Shown piece by piece: positions 19,071 to 29,763 of a stretch of 64,000 bases of DNA. The notes beneath the pieces were generated by a model that had not been told where the DNA came from, ran no database searches, and was given only the letters and a program-made list of their open reading frames with translations. Position 1 is the stretch's first letter. Each line of letters opens with the position of its first letter. The translations under genes and the position numbers were made by a program. Source of the DNA: Promethearchaeota archaeon (GTDB taxonomy: Archaea; Asgardarchaeota; Lokiarchaeia; Sigyniarchaeales; SOKP01); the NCBI GenBank assembly GCA_029838195.1, contig JALGVJ010000042.1:15224-79223 (forward strand). The letters are read 5' to 3'.

Positions 19071-21215
19071 GTGAGCTGTATCGTGGAGGATAAAGAAGAA
19101 ATTGAAGTATCAGTAAAGTGTAAGTCTTGCATGGAGGATGTTATATTTAGATTCACGACAGAAGAATATGAAGATTTCAAGAGTTTTCCCATTCGAAAGG
19201 AAGACATTCATGGAGAGCCACGGCATAAACTGATCGTGTATTTTGATAAATTTTTAACGGTAGAAAGATTCGAAGTGGAAGAGGTATTAGAAAAAGAAAT
19301 TTCACATGCTGAAGAGCTTACGAAACAGGTATTGAGAGAATTAGGTTTAACGGATGCAGAAATTGAGTTGTATTTTCTTTCCACGGGGCGGGATGTAGTA
19401 TCTTTAGGAGAAATGGCATTACTCATAGATAAAACTAAAGAAGAGTGTCAAGAAATTGCTAAAAAATTCGTGGAGAAAGGATTATTTAAAGAAATCGTGG
19501 GAATCACTCCTCATTATGCACCATTGCCCCCCTACGCCGCTTTAATGAATCAATTAAAAAGATTTCATGCCTTTATTTCAGAAATTAAAACAAGGGTACC
19601 AGTTGAATTAAATCAATCGTTCTTTGAATTAGAAAACAAGGCGAAGGGAATTAATCAGTTGAAAGAATATGTCGATTTCATGGAAGGGTTAAAAGATACC
19701 ATGCAAGCTCACATGGCAGAACAAAAAGAGGATTTTGAGAATACGATTTCAAATATTTTACAAATAGAGAACATCATGCAAGTAATGGCGGGTTTGGAGC
19801 AGGAGATGAGAGAGATATTAGAGCTTCAAATTGCAGACCTCATTCAGCAATTCCAAGATATTAAAGAAAGAATATCTAAAAACCTTGAAAAGTTACGATT
19901 AGGCGTGATCCAGCAAACGGTAGAAAAAGCAATTGCCACGGTTTTTGAAGATGGTATTAAAAAAATCACGGAGAGTCTAAATAAGAGTATCATGGTAAAG
20001 TTAAATTCATTATTAAAACATATCGAAGCCAATATTGAGGAAATTACGCTCTCGAGCGTTACTTCCGCTCAAAAAATCAAACAATCGTTTGGAGCGATAA
20101 GCGATGATTTTAATAATGCGGTCAAGCAATCAGAAGAAAAAATTACGGGTATTTCAGATACCATATTAAAATCGTTTAATGTTTTAAAAGATCTTTTTTC
20201 TTCAGAAGTCATTGATACGTTACAATCTGTATTGGGAAATATATTAAGTAGATTGGAAGAAAGCGAAAATACTACCCAAGAATTTTGGGAAAGAGCTAAG
20301 CGTGCTTCTATTTTAACGATGAAGGATATTTGGTTTATTCGATCAATGGAAGCTGCAAAAGCAAGCATAAATGAACAACTTACCAGAGCAAAAATGCGCG
20401 TTTTAATCGTTGCGCCTCATCTAACGGACATTGATGTTGATTTAATTAAAAAATGTCCCTCTCATGTCAATATTAGAATTGCGACTAATATAGATTTTAC
20501 TTCTCCAGAACATGAAAGAATTTTAGATCTTCTTGATGAGATGCCTAATATTTCTTATAGATCCAGGGAAAGAACCGATATTTGGGGAATAAATAGGGAT
20601 TATGAAGAAGTGATCATCTGCGTGTTATCTAAAACTGAAATTCGAGGCAAGGAATACATTGAAATAGCTGGAATCGGAAGTGTCATAGAAGAACATATCA
20701 AAATATTTGTTCCTATTTTAGAAGAAACATGGATGAACTCAAGAAAAGAAGTCCAAAGACCGAAAAAGAGACCAAAAATCACCATTCCCCAAGAACTTCC
20801 AAAAAGAGAGGAAAAGATTAAAGTTCCGGAAATTCAAACCCCTCCTAAATTAAAAATGAAACCACTAATACAAGAATCAACTGAAACTATATCAGGATCA
20901 GCTACGCTAAGCACCTCCCCAGAAATAAAGCCCCCGGTTCCAGAATTCCATTCGTTACCAGGAGATAAAGATAGTGATTTAAAAGTAAAATTTGATGAAT
21001 TAATTATAAATTTAGATAAATTCACGGAGAAAGAACTTTCATATGCTTTAAACCAATTGAAAAGCGATATTCAAGCTATTTTAGGATATTCAAGCGTATT
21101 AGATCAAATTGAGCTCGCAGCTTCTTCGTTAGTTAAAGATAATCCGTTAGAGAAAAAAGAAATAGAAGAATTAAAGAAAAAAATTAATTTCTGGGGAAAG
21201 AAGTTAAAAATCTGA
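19071..21215 (+). CDS. Multidomain TrmB-like protein (Zn-binding N-term, HTH, long coiled coil, PLD-like domain)
   Basis: CKSC/HG..H motif; LRELGLTDAEIELY to FVEKGLF to YAPLPP (TrmB HTH); WFIRS/AKMRVLIVAP (TrmB C-term/PLD fold); GTG start. Confidence 0.65.
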   Translation: MSCIVEDKEEIEVSVKCKSCMEDVIFRFTTEEYEDFKSFPIRKEDIHGEPRHKLIVYFDKFLTVERFEVEEVLEKEISHAEELTKQVLRELGLTDAEIELYFLSTGRDVVSLGEMALLIDKTKEECQEIAKKFVEKGLFKEIVGITPHYAPLPPYAALMNQLKRFHAFISEIKTRVPVELNQSFFELENKAKGINQLKEYVDFMEGLKDTMQAHMAEQKEDFENTISNILQIENIMQVMAGLEQEMREILELQIADLIQQFQDIKERISKNLEKLRLGVIQQTVEKAIATVFEDGIKKITESLNKSIMVKLNSLLKHIEANIEEITLSSVTSAQKIKQSFGAISDDFNNAVKQSEEKITGISDTILKSFNVLKDLFSSEVIDTLQSVLGNILSRLEESENTTQEFWERAKRASILTMKDIWFIRSMEAAKASINEQLTRAKMRVLIVAPHLTDIDVDLIKKCPSHVNIRIATNIDFTSPEHERILDLLDEMPNISYRSRERTDIWGINRDYEEVIICVLSKTEIRGKEYIEIAGIGSVIEEHIKIFVPILEETWMNSRKEVQRPKKRPKITIPQELPKREEKIKVPEIQTPPKLKMKPLIQESTETISGSATLSTSPEIKPPVPEFHSLPGDKDSDLKVKFDELIINLDKFTEKELSYALNQLKSDIQAILGYSSVLDQIELAASSLVKDNPLEKKEIEELKKKINFWGKKLKI

Positions 21216-21325
21216 TTTTATCCTTAAGCGATAAATGTGATTCCTTATTTTAAAAAAAAATTCTCATTCTATTTTAAAAATGAGGTAAAAAAGAATCTTT
21301 TTCGAAAAAATTATATTTCACCTGC

Positions 21326-22213
21326 TCAGTTTTTATAGTTTGATAATCTGAAAAAGAATTTGTTGTAAAAGTACAAAAATATCAATCCAACTCCAAAAAA
21401 AACCATGAAAAGGTAAGTATATTCTTCCGGAACGGAGATAAGATATAATCCCAGATTTACAAATATTATTTCTAATAATAGCAATAGCCCTAAGCACATT
21501 CCTACAATAACGATGCCAAGAAAAAAATAACCGACTAAATCATGCATGAGATAAGAATATGCTATGCTATCTTTTAGTTTTCCCTTTAATTTAATTTTAG
21601 AGGTTTTTCCTTTTTTTAGATTAACTTTTAACGCTTTAACATGAAGTAATTGTTCAAAATCAATGGGGTTATAATGCTGTTCTAACCGATGTTCCAATCT
21701 TTTTTCTTCACTATTAAGACGTGTGAGTAACATGGAATTTATGTAATCTTTTTTAGGAGTTGCAGTCTTTAAATTTGAAGAAACTTCATGAAACGCTTGA
21801 AAAGGGGTTAGATTCCAATATAAATCTTCCCGAAATTCTGAAGTTATATCGGGGATCTCAATTTTTCGTAATTCATAATAGAGATTGATTAAAAATTTCA
21901 AGTAATCTTTTGATAAATACCCCTCTTTTCTTAAGAATTCAAGTTCGATACCTCGAAGGATTTCAACCGTCAAGTCTTTAAAGAGATGAAAATGGAAGGC
22001 ATGGTTCACGAATTGATCGATAAAATTCATGTATTCATGAAGCTTTTCGTTAACTTCTTTTTTCCGAGGTCTTAGACCTAAATGAATAGCAATTACATGT
22101 AATTCGTTGTTTATCAAGCTCATGAGGACAACCGCTAATTTTTTATAATCATGCGTTTTATTACATGTTTTAACTAATTCAATCAATTTTTTATCCACGA
22201 GAGTTAGGGTCAT
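21326..22213 (-). CDS. Hypothetical membrane protein with two C-terminal TMs
   Basis: 295-aa ORF abutting the upstream gene, with GAGG upstream. Confidence 0.75.
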   Translation of the reverse strand: MTLTLVDKKLIELVKTCNKTHDYKKLAVVLMSLINNELHVIAIHLGLRPRKKEVNEKLHEYMNFIDQFVNHAFHFHLFKDLTVEILRGIELEFLRKEGYLSKDYLKFLINLYYELRKIEIPDITSEFREDLYWNLTPFQAFHEVSSNLKTATPKKDYINSMLLTRLNSEEKRLEHRLEQHYNPIDFEQLLHVKALKVNLKKGKTSKIKLKGKLKDSIAYSYLMHDLVGYFFLGIVIVGMCLGLLLLLEIIFVNLGLYLISVPEEYTYLFMVFFGVGLIFLYFYNKFFFRLSNYKN

Positions 22214-23032
22214 TCATTTTCCCTCCTTGTTTTCCTGAAATAACCATAATTTTCCTTCTTCTTCAGCAATTAACTTGTCAAAATCAATTTCATCGCCATG
22301 TAAATATATTAAATTCTCAATTTTTGAAGCATTTTCATTTTTTTCTTGTTCAAAAGTTATTTGAATGAAATAATAATGTAAAAAATAAGGAAATACTAAA
22401 ATAAAAGAGAAAACCATTAAATAATAACCTAATCCAACTGAATAATGATAATAAAATGTAGTTCCTCCAATTTCCGTGGAGATTATTGCAAAAGGAAAAT
22501 AGAAATTATTTAATATTAGATGTTTTAAAGGAAAAATTACAATATAATATCCCATTAGGAATAATAATACAATATTGCTATAAGCATGGATTTTTAATGG
22601 TTCTAAATTCTCAGAATTTTCTATATCTCTGAAAATTAATTGAAATAAAGAGAATAGGGTTAATATTAATACTGAAAAAGGTAATATCAAGGGATTATCC
22701 AGGTTTTGCGGGTAAGCAATTATATTATCCTTATTGTTTTTTGAATACCATCCATTTAATAGAGAAAACCTCCATTCTACGATTAATACATTTCCTTCCA
22801 GAACTTTAAGTGCATACCAATCGGAACAGATAGAAATTATACAAGAAAGGAGCCCTAAAGCCGTTAAAAATTTAAACACCTCGCTAATTTTAAAATTTCT
22901 TACGAGTTTCATTTTAGAACTTTTCTCTTTTCTTATTTTTTTTAATATTTTTCGTTCCATGTTCGAATTTAACCTTATAATATTGCTAAAATTTCTTGAA
23001 AACACTACTAAATTATGACTTAATGCTAACAT
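22214..23032 (-). CDS. Four-TM membrane protein with claudin/PMP22-like topology
   Basis: TM1-SDWY-beta loop, TM2, TM3, YSVGLGYYL-TM4. Confidence 0.65.
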   Translation of the reverse strand: MLALSHNLVVFSRNFSNIIRLNSNMERKILKKIRKEKSSKMKLVRNFKISEVFKFLTALGLLSCIISICSDWYALKVLEGNVLIVEWRFSLLNGWYSKNNKDNIIAYPQNLDNPLILPFSVLILTLFSLFQLIFRDIENSENLEPLKIHAYSNIVLLFLMGYYIVIFPLKHLILNNFYFPFAIISTEIGGTTFYYHYSVGLGYYLMVFSFILVFPYFLHYYFIQITFEQEKNENASKIENLIYLHGDEIDFDKLIAEEEGKLWLFQENKEGK

Positions 23033-23064
23033 TCAATTTAGAAACTATTAAATTAAAGATACCC

Positions 23065-24276
23065 TCATGGCTTCCTTAAGATATTGATTTTCCTTGTTCT
23101 ATTTTTTTGATAAATAAAAGGAATCTCCCCTGAATTATTAAAAATAAAAAACTCTTTTTTTAAATTTGATTTCCCGATTTCAAATAAAAATTGACTGAGT
23201 AAAGGTTCAGGCAGCTCATTTTGGAGCATGTATATATCCTCTTGCTTTAATTCCATATTAGAATTTGGGAAAAGGTTCTCTTCAAGTAAGATTTTCTTGA
23301 ATTGGAGCCAAATCTTTAGATGTTTAAATAGAAAAATCATTAGTAAGAGACAATAAGATAACAGAATTCCAATAAATGTATTGAAAAAACTACTTATAAA
23401 GAATGGATTAAACCTTAATAAAATAAAATAAATGATTCCCAGAGCTAATATTGGTACTGAAATATATCTTATATTTGATAAAAATGAAGGATAAGAATAT
23501 AGAAACTTGTTTCTTAAGATTTTTCTCTGAGATAAAGATTCATGTAATTGAATTTCTTGCAATAAGTATTTGAGAAAGTTTTTTAATTGATTGATTTCGA
23601 TCACGTGAAGATTTGAATTCCGTTGATAACTAAATGGTATCCTGGCATCAAAAGTGTTAACCTTAGTAAGCGTGAGAAGAATCGGGCACGTGAGCTTTAT
23701 ATATCTTACTGCTCCAATCTTCACGTGATTTTTCTTGGTATCCATCAATTTTTTAAGGATTTTGGGGCAGGTAGAAAGCTCATCTTGAGAATTTCCAATT
23801 TTCATGAGATTAGATCCAATACATTTCGAAAAAAATTCATAATTAAAAACCCCATATAATGGCTGATATTCTGATAAATCGCTTAACTCATTTTTCTCCT
23901 TTTTTTTAATCCATGATTTGATTCTATCATTTTTTATGATAAGAGGTAGCTTAACAATGCAAGATATGATCGGCACGAGCAAAATTATTATATAATTAAA
24001 AGCAACTTCAATTTTCGTTAATCCTATTAAGATTAAATTAGTCTCGTCAAGCATGCAATCATTATTTTCCTGACTTAAATCAATAATTTCAATTCCTAAT
24101 TCTGTTAAATCTTGTCGAGCACGATCAATTAATATTTTTTTTTCTTCTAATGTAAGCATGTATTGTTGGGCTCCAATATTCTTGTTATCATGACCTTGAT
24201 TAGCGATTCTCCCTTGTAATGCATTAAAATTCTCGCTTGATATATTTTCCCTATTTAAATTATCTCCAATTATCAT
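23065..24276 (-). CDS. Hypothetical membrane protein
   Basis: 403-aa ORF with a TM pair near aa 272-320. Confidence 0.65.
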   Translation of the reverse strand: MIIGDNLNRENISSENFNALQGRIANQGHDNKNIGAQQYMLTLEEKKILIDRARQDLTELGIEIIDLSQENNDCMLDETNLILIGLTKIEVAFNYIIILLVPIISCIVKLPLIIKNDRIKSWIKKKEKNELSDLSEYQPLYGVFNYEFFSKCIGSNLMKIGNSQDELSTCPKILKKLMDTKKNHVKIGAVRYIKLTCPILLTLTKVNTFDARIPFSYQRNSNLHVIEINQLKNFLKYLLQEIQLHESLSQRKILRNKFLYSYPSFLSNIRYISVPILALGIIYFILLRFNPFFISSFFNTFIGILLSYCLLLMIFLFKHLKIWLQFKKILLEENLFPNSNMELKQEDIYMLQNELPEPLLSQFLFEIGKSNLKKEFFIFNNSGEIPFIYQKNRTRKINILRKP

Positions 24277-24494
24277 CTCATTAAAATATTATAGCTGAAA
24301 ATATAAAAAGAAAAAATGAGAATTTTTTTTCAGGCTCATGCATTAAAATTAAGACGCTTTCACGATTCGTTCGACAAAATTAGAAAAATAGTACTGTCTC
24401 CTTTTTTATTAATCATTTGAAATTTTAAGGAACGTGAGAAATCCATTTTTTCTTTTTATAAAAAGAAATTAATTAAATTATAAAATTATAAAAA

Positions 24495-24719
24495 TTGAAA
24501 AAAACAACGAGCATGATAAGAAAAAATAAAAATCTTCAATATATTTCTTTAGAAAAAAGAGTTGAACAATCCTTTCAAGAAGAATTATTAAAGATTCTTG
24601 TATCTTTTAACTCTCTAAACAATAATGAAGATAAAATGGAAGAAAGTGATACTTCTTCTAATAATTTACCTGATGATGTAAAAAAAACTCTCATGCAAGA
24701 ATATTTTCAACTAATTTAA
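24495..24719 (+). CDS. Possible small hypothetical protein
   Basis: 74-aa ORF filling an intergenic gap; start uncertain. Confidence 0.35.
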   Translation: MKKTTSMIRKNKNLQYISLEKRVEQSFQEELLKILVSFNSLNNNEDKMEESDTSSNNLPDDVKKTLMQEYFQLI

Positions 24720-24832
24720 GCCTTTTTTATTAAAAAATCATCCTTTCTTCTTATTCAATCAATGAAATAAAAAAAAAGGCTTCTAAAGGTTATTAAAACA
24801 TTAAAAAAAATTTTTAAGTATGCCTAATTCAT

Positions 24833-27800
24833 TTATTTCTGCCTATTCTTCTTTAGAATTGTAGAGAGTCCAATTATGGCACAAGGAGAAATTAAGAAAA
24901 TTAACCCAAAAGCAATCTGAGATAAACCAATTATACTTGATTGATTTGTTAGGGACGTATCTAAAGATTGTTCTTCCTCATTTTTTGGGTTAGATTCCTC
25001 TTTAGGAGTGTTTTCTATAATTGTTGGTTGCGTGGTATTGTAATGAATGATTTTATAGACAAATACGATTTCTTCATCCAAATTTCCCGCAGTATCATTG
25101 ACTTGAAAAATAATGTTAATAGTATCATTTTGGAACAAATTCCACGATACTTGGTCTATGATTCCCGCATGCGTGATTTGGGAGCCATTGTTTTGGAAAA
25201 GTGAGAAATTTAAATAATTAAAGGGGGACGAATAAGTTCCATTTGATAAAAAATACCATCCCGAATCAACATGAAGTTCCTCTATAAATATTTGAAATTG
25301 AGGAGGTTGCTCATGAAATAACTCGGCTTGTAAGGGTTGGATAATGGAGATTTTCGGAAGCGTAGTATCTTTATAAATTTTAAGCATCTTAGTTCCTAAA
25401 TTTCCCAGACTATCATTTGCAAAGAACGTGATATTTATTAACCCATCATTCATTTCTTCCCAAATATTCTGAGAAATGAAAATGTCAGATGAATTCTCAA
25501 AATAAACGGGCCCTCGAATGTGAATACCATCATCCAAAACATACCACGCATCTTCTAGATATGCATTAGCTAAAGAACTGTTAATTTCAACTTCACAGTG
25601 AGGCGCTATTTGACCATGAATTTTTTCGTCGGCTGGATTTATGATGTTAATTAGGGGAGGACTTAAATTTTTATTAATGATGATAGTCTCATCATCTTGA
25701 TTTCCCTGAGTATCATTCACGTGAAATGTAATATAAATGGAGCCATTATCAAGAGTGTTCCAGGCTGGTTCATTTATCGTCCCATTCTCAATAAAAGGAT
25801 ATGTTAAAAGATTATTCTCAATTGTATACCAGATCTTACTTAAATTCTCAATTCTTACATCTAAGACAAAAAATGGTGGATTTTCACCAAATATCTCAAA
25901 AGGTGGAGGCGATAAAATATTCATAAAAATTTCTTTAATAGTAAATAAATAAATTGGGCTTGATTCGAAGTCGTTCACGATATAAATTTCAAAACGATAA
26001 GTTCCGGCTTCTGGAACTGTATAATTTAAATAATATTCACTATAATTTCCTTGATGAGTAAAATTAGGTTGTAGGGTTTTAATTAAAACATTGTTTCTCG
26101 ATAAATTAACATGTACGAATGATTCAGAAAGATCATGAGTATTAAAGCCCGTTACAATGGAAATGTTAAAATAAATTAGCAGATTATTGGAATTTTTTAA
26201 ATGAGACTCTTGATATTCAATCTCATAAGTTGTATTAAAAAAGATTTCCACTTCTTCTTGGAATTCTAAATTATTATATACTTTAATCATTCCACTAATT
26301 ATAGGATAATTTTGAGAAGAATACGGTACAAAAATTTGTGCCTCATGGCATCCATTAGGTTGCTTAACTAGAGGAATGAGACCTAATTGAGGGCTTTCAA
26401 ATTTCATCGTTATATTTTCACGATTTTCAAGCATTACCATATTAAAATACCCCGCTGTAAGCGTATTTGAAGCCTCCAGAGGAATGGTTTTAGAATAAAT
26501 AACATGGAGTTTTGGAGGACTATTCATTGCCATTTCAGTTAACCAAGCAAGATATTCATGGTGTACATCACTACTTGAGGGCGTTTTGAGAAATTCATGC
26601 TGAGATTCTGAATATAAAGATGTTACTAATGCTCGTAATGCAGTATAATTAAATTCAAGATTTAGATTCAGTAGTTGGGAAATTTTATAAGAATAATATA
26701 CATTTTCAAGATTCTCATAATTCAATACTCGTTCTAGATAATTTTTTATCTTTGTGGAATTTAAATCATATCTGTCAAGAATTCTTAAAATCCATGTAAA
26801 ATAATAAGTGGTTTTCAAGATTTCCGTAGTTGTATTCGTGTAAAAAGGTTGAAAACAAAAGATGGTCGAATTTTCAAACCCATGATGTAAGATATAGGTG
26901 GTTAAAGCATCCATATCAAGAGGCAAGTCCGTAACATTACCTATTCCTAAAAATGTTGCTAATAAATCTAACGATTTAATGACATAAAATGCATGTTCAG
27001 GATATACATATTTGTTTTGAAGGGAAGGGTCCAGATATCGCATGAGGTTATCGGGAAAAAATCCTCCATTATTGGGGTATTGGGAATCTAAAAATTGACA
27101 TTCTATAAGACCGTTCATTAAAGCAGTTAAATTTGCATTCGAAGCAAAAGCATCTAAACTTCCAATCTTATTAAGAGTATCTAGGGCTAAAAATGTAGAT
27201 TCGGGATTATGGACCATGTTAATCTCATGAAAATGTTCATGGGTTCCCAAGCTATAATATTCAATTGGAAATGTTTGAAAATATTCTTCATCAGAATCAA
27301 AATTTGTATACATATAGAAATATTGATTATTTAAAATGGGGATTGTTTTATAAGAATTCATGATATTGGAATAAATGTAAGAAAGATTCAATTGTTCTAA
27401 TTGATCATGATAATCAAAAACAGTAATTAATGAGTTATAAAGTACTTGCGAGGGATAGTCCTGGGAGAGAAGGGCATATCCATGTTGAGAATGATAAAGG
27501 TCGAGAGCATTATATATTTGATTTTTGTCTACGGTTGATAAGGAATTAATTAATCCTGAATTTCTTAGAGCTTGGAGCACGTGATAAGTATAGAAAATTT
27601 CATGATGAGATATTGCTGAGGATTTATCCCAGATTCCAAGAGAATTCCGATGATTTACTAAATATTCTCCTACTTGCGAAGCATTAATTTGGAAACACGC
27701 GGTTAAGTTTAATAGTTCTAATCCAATTGCAGTTGCTAAAATTCCCCAATAATCAAAAGAAAAATATTTATTTTGAGGACCAACACGAAAATGATTATCG

Positions 27801-28750
27801 ATGGGATCAAATAAATAATTCAAATACGCATGAAAATTTTCCATGTTTATAGAATTAAGGGAATCGAGTAATGCTAAAGCTTTAAGTGAATAAAATGATG
27901 CATATAAATTAGTTTCATCAATCTGCATGGTGTTAAATTCTTCATCGAGGTCATTAAAAAAACCTCCTAAATGTTTTCCCTGATCATTATATTGTAAACT
28001 CTGCAGAAATTGAATGAGTTCATTTCTTTGAGTCGTGTAGTTCAGCCAATCTTCTAATAAAAGATCCAAAACCTTAATGGCGTAATACGTGTTATCTGCT
28101 GTCGAGAGGTTTAAGAAATTCCCTAGATTTTCGTTATAAGGCATACCAATGAATCCAGAGCTCATGGGATTATAGCAACTCCAGATGAAATCAATCATTT
28201 TTTGAGAGTTAATTTGATCTAATTCTTCTAGAAGATCTAAGGATAAAATAGCATAACAATTAATTTCTAAGGGGGAGCTTAACCAGTAATACTTGTTTTT
28301 ATCAGGGTCCATGTCTAAATATCGTTTTGAGCATGAATCTGAAAAGATTCCTGAAATGGGATCATAAAAGGATAAAAGATAACTCGTGATTTTTGACTTG
28401 TTGACGAGATCTAATTTATCAATATCATGATAAATAGATAAAGCATAATACGTTGCTTGTATCGTAGTGGGATGGTTCTCCGGATAATATCCTAATTCTT
28501 CGAAATCATTTAATTTTGTTAAACGCACATCTTCCATTATTTCATTTGTATAATTGAAAAAACTACTAGAGGAAGTTTTTAGCTCATTATTTATTTTATG
28601 GCGCTCCTCATTATAATTAATGGGGTTTATAAGTGTTTCATTATCGGGGGCTTGAAAGTTAGAACTTACGGGAGATCCATAAGGAATCGAGAAAATTAAA
28701 AAATAATTAAGGATTATTGTAAAAACTAAAATTCTTTTTTTACGGTTCAT
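24833..28750 (-). CDS. Membrane-anchored extracellular protein with prenyltransferase/squalene-oxidase alpha/alpha-barrel repeats and C-terminal Ig-like repeats
   Basis: Repeats FIWSCYNPMSSGF, FLQSLQ..GGFF, LIECQ..GGFF each followed by TYYA/SFYS helices; three ITF.(A/V)ND..GN repeats; signal peptide and C-terminal TM. Confidence 0.8.
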   Translation of the reverse strand: MNRKKRILVFTIILNYFLIFSIPYGSPVSSNFQAPDNETLINPINYNEERHKINNELKTSSSSFFNYTNEIMEDVRLTKLNDFEELGYYPENHPTTIQATYYALSIYHDIDKLDLVNKSKITSYLLSFYDPISGIFSDSCSKRYLDMDPDKNKYYWLSSPLEINCYAILSLDLLEELDQINSQKMIDFIWSCYNPMSSGFIGMPYNENLGNFLNLSTADNTYYAIKVLDLLLEDWLNYTTQRNELIQFLQSLQYNDQGKHLGGFFNDLDEEFNTMQIDETNLYASFYSLKALALLDSLNSINMENFHAYLNYLFDPIDNHFRVGPQNKYFSFDYWGILATAIGLELLNLTACFQINASQVGEYLVNHRNSLGIWDKSSAISHHEIFYTYHVLQALRNSGLINSLSTVDKNQIYNALDLYHSQHGYALLSQDYPSQVLYNSLITVFDYHDQLEQLNLSYIYSNIMNSYKTIPILNNQYFYMYTNFDSDEEYFQTFPIEYYSLGTHEHFHEINMVHNPESTFLALDTLNKIGSLDAFASNANLTALMNGLIECQFLDSQYPNNGGFFPDNLMRYLDPSLQNKYVYPEHAFYVIKSLDLLATFLGIGNVTDLPLDMDALTTYILHHGFENSTIFCFQPFYTNTTTEILKTTYYFTWILRILDRYDLNSTKIKNYLERVLNYENLENVYYSYKISQLLNLNLEFNYTALRALVTSLYSESQHEFLKTPSSSDVHHEYLAWLTEMAMNSPPKLHVIYSKTIPLEASNTLTAGYFNMVMLENRENITMKFESPQLGLIPLVKQPNGCHEAQIFVPYSSQNYPIISGMIKVYNNLEFQEEVEIFFNTTYEIEYQESHLKNSNNLLIYFNISIVTGFNTHDLSESFVHVNLSRNNVLIKTLQPNFTHQGNYSEYYLNYTVPEAGTYRFEIYIVNDFESSPIYLFTIKEIFMNILSPPPFEIFGENPPFFVLDVRIENLSKIWYTIENNLLTYPFIENGTINEPAWNTLDNGSIYITFHVNDTQGNQDDETIIINKNLSPPLINIINPADEKIHGQIAPHCEVEINSSLANAYLEDAWYVLDDGIHIRGPVYFENSSDIFISQNIWEEMNDGLINITFFANDSLGNLGTKMLKIYKDTTLPKISIIQPLQAELFHEQPPQFQIFIEELHVDSGWYFLSNGTYSSPFNYLNFSLFQNNGSQITHAGIIDQVSWNLFQNDTINIIFQVNDTAGNLDEEIVFVYKIIHYNTTQPTIIENTPKEESNPKNEEEQSLDTSLTNQSSIIGLSQIAFGLIFLISPCAIIGLSTILKKNRQK

Positions 28751-28834
28751 GTTTTAAATCCTTGAATTTATTCCTATAGGAAGAATACCCCGAATATATT
28801 TAAAGAAAAAATGAGATCTAATAGGAAAATATCA

Positions 28835-29191
28835 TTAATGATATCCTCTTAAAATACCTTCATTCATCTCCGAAAAAAATATGAAAAAATCTAGGTTTAA
28901 TAAAATAGCACCCAAAAAAAGCAGAAGAAAACCTCTAACCATTGTTTTTAAGCCCCTTGAAGATTGAGTGCAAAAAATAGAGATGAGTCCCCATATCAGC
29001 ATGAATCCTCCTATAATCATTATTATTCTCGCAATTGACGATATAAAATTCTCAATTAATGAATTTGGTAAAAATCCAAAATTATTTCTCCATGTTTTCT
29101 CCAAAATGGGATAAAAAATAATAAAAATAACTACGATTAAAAAAAAAATCCAAATGTAATGCCTTTTCTTTTTGGTACTATTAGAATTCAA
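28835..29191 (-). CDS. Small three-TM protein with a pilin-like hydrophobic hairpin
   Basis: Three hydrophobic segments; the last two are separated by SRGLKTMVRG. Confidence 0.6.
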   Translation of the reverse strand: MNSNSTKKKRHYIWIFFLIVVIFIIFYPILEKTWRNNFGFLPNSLIENFISSIARIIMIIGGFMLIWGLISIFCTQSSRGLKTMVRGFLLLFLGAILLNLDFFIFFSEMNEGILRGYH

Positions 29192-29323
29192 TTAGATTCC
29201 CTTATTAATTTATTAATATTTCTTTTTTCATCAATAGCAATTAATCATGAAATTATTTAAAGAAAAAACAGTATTCAAGGCAAAAGTTTTCAGTCAAAAT
29301 TAGCAATATTCGGTGAATAGTTG

Positions 29324-29507
29324 TCCTACAAGAAAAATCTGTATTTCCGCATCATTCTCCGAAATCATTCACTGTTCCTTGAATCATTCGAGCACCATTC
29401 CTAAACTCTTCAATGGCAATTGCATTTGCTATGCCAGAACCATCATGTGCATGAATGCCAAGGGGGATCTTTCCGATAAATTCTCTTACTTCTTTGAAAA
29501 GGGTTGA
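29324..29507 (-). pseudogene. Internal fragment of a citramalate/2-isopropylmalate synthase (CimA/LeuA family)
   Basis: IPLGIHAHDGSGIA..GARMIQGTVNDFGE*CGNTD matches the HxHND and QGTxNGxGERCGNA motifs; TGA at 29352-29354 replaces Arg. Confidence 0.85.
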
Positions 29508-29763
29508 ATTTTATGAGAATTTTTAAAATTAGAATTTCTTTCATTTACTAACTTAAAATAGTTAAATTGATATTATTTATCGAAATGAGGTCTTGAAATA
29601 ACTAATATACATAGCTATACCTTTTTATTAATAATAATTTATTTTAGAAATTCTAATTCATAAAAATAGGACTATAAATGATTTATTAATTTAATTTAAT
29701 ATTCTAAAATTAAAAATTGAGATATTTGATAAATTAAAAAAAAGTAAGAGTGATTAGAATCAA

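Noticed and set aside
29352-29354. In-frame TGA next to Cys as selenocysteine
   Set aside because: It replaces the conserved Arg of GERCGN in an isolated fragment with no start codon
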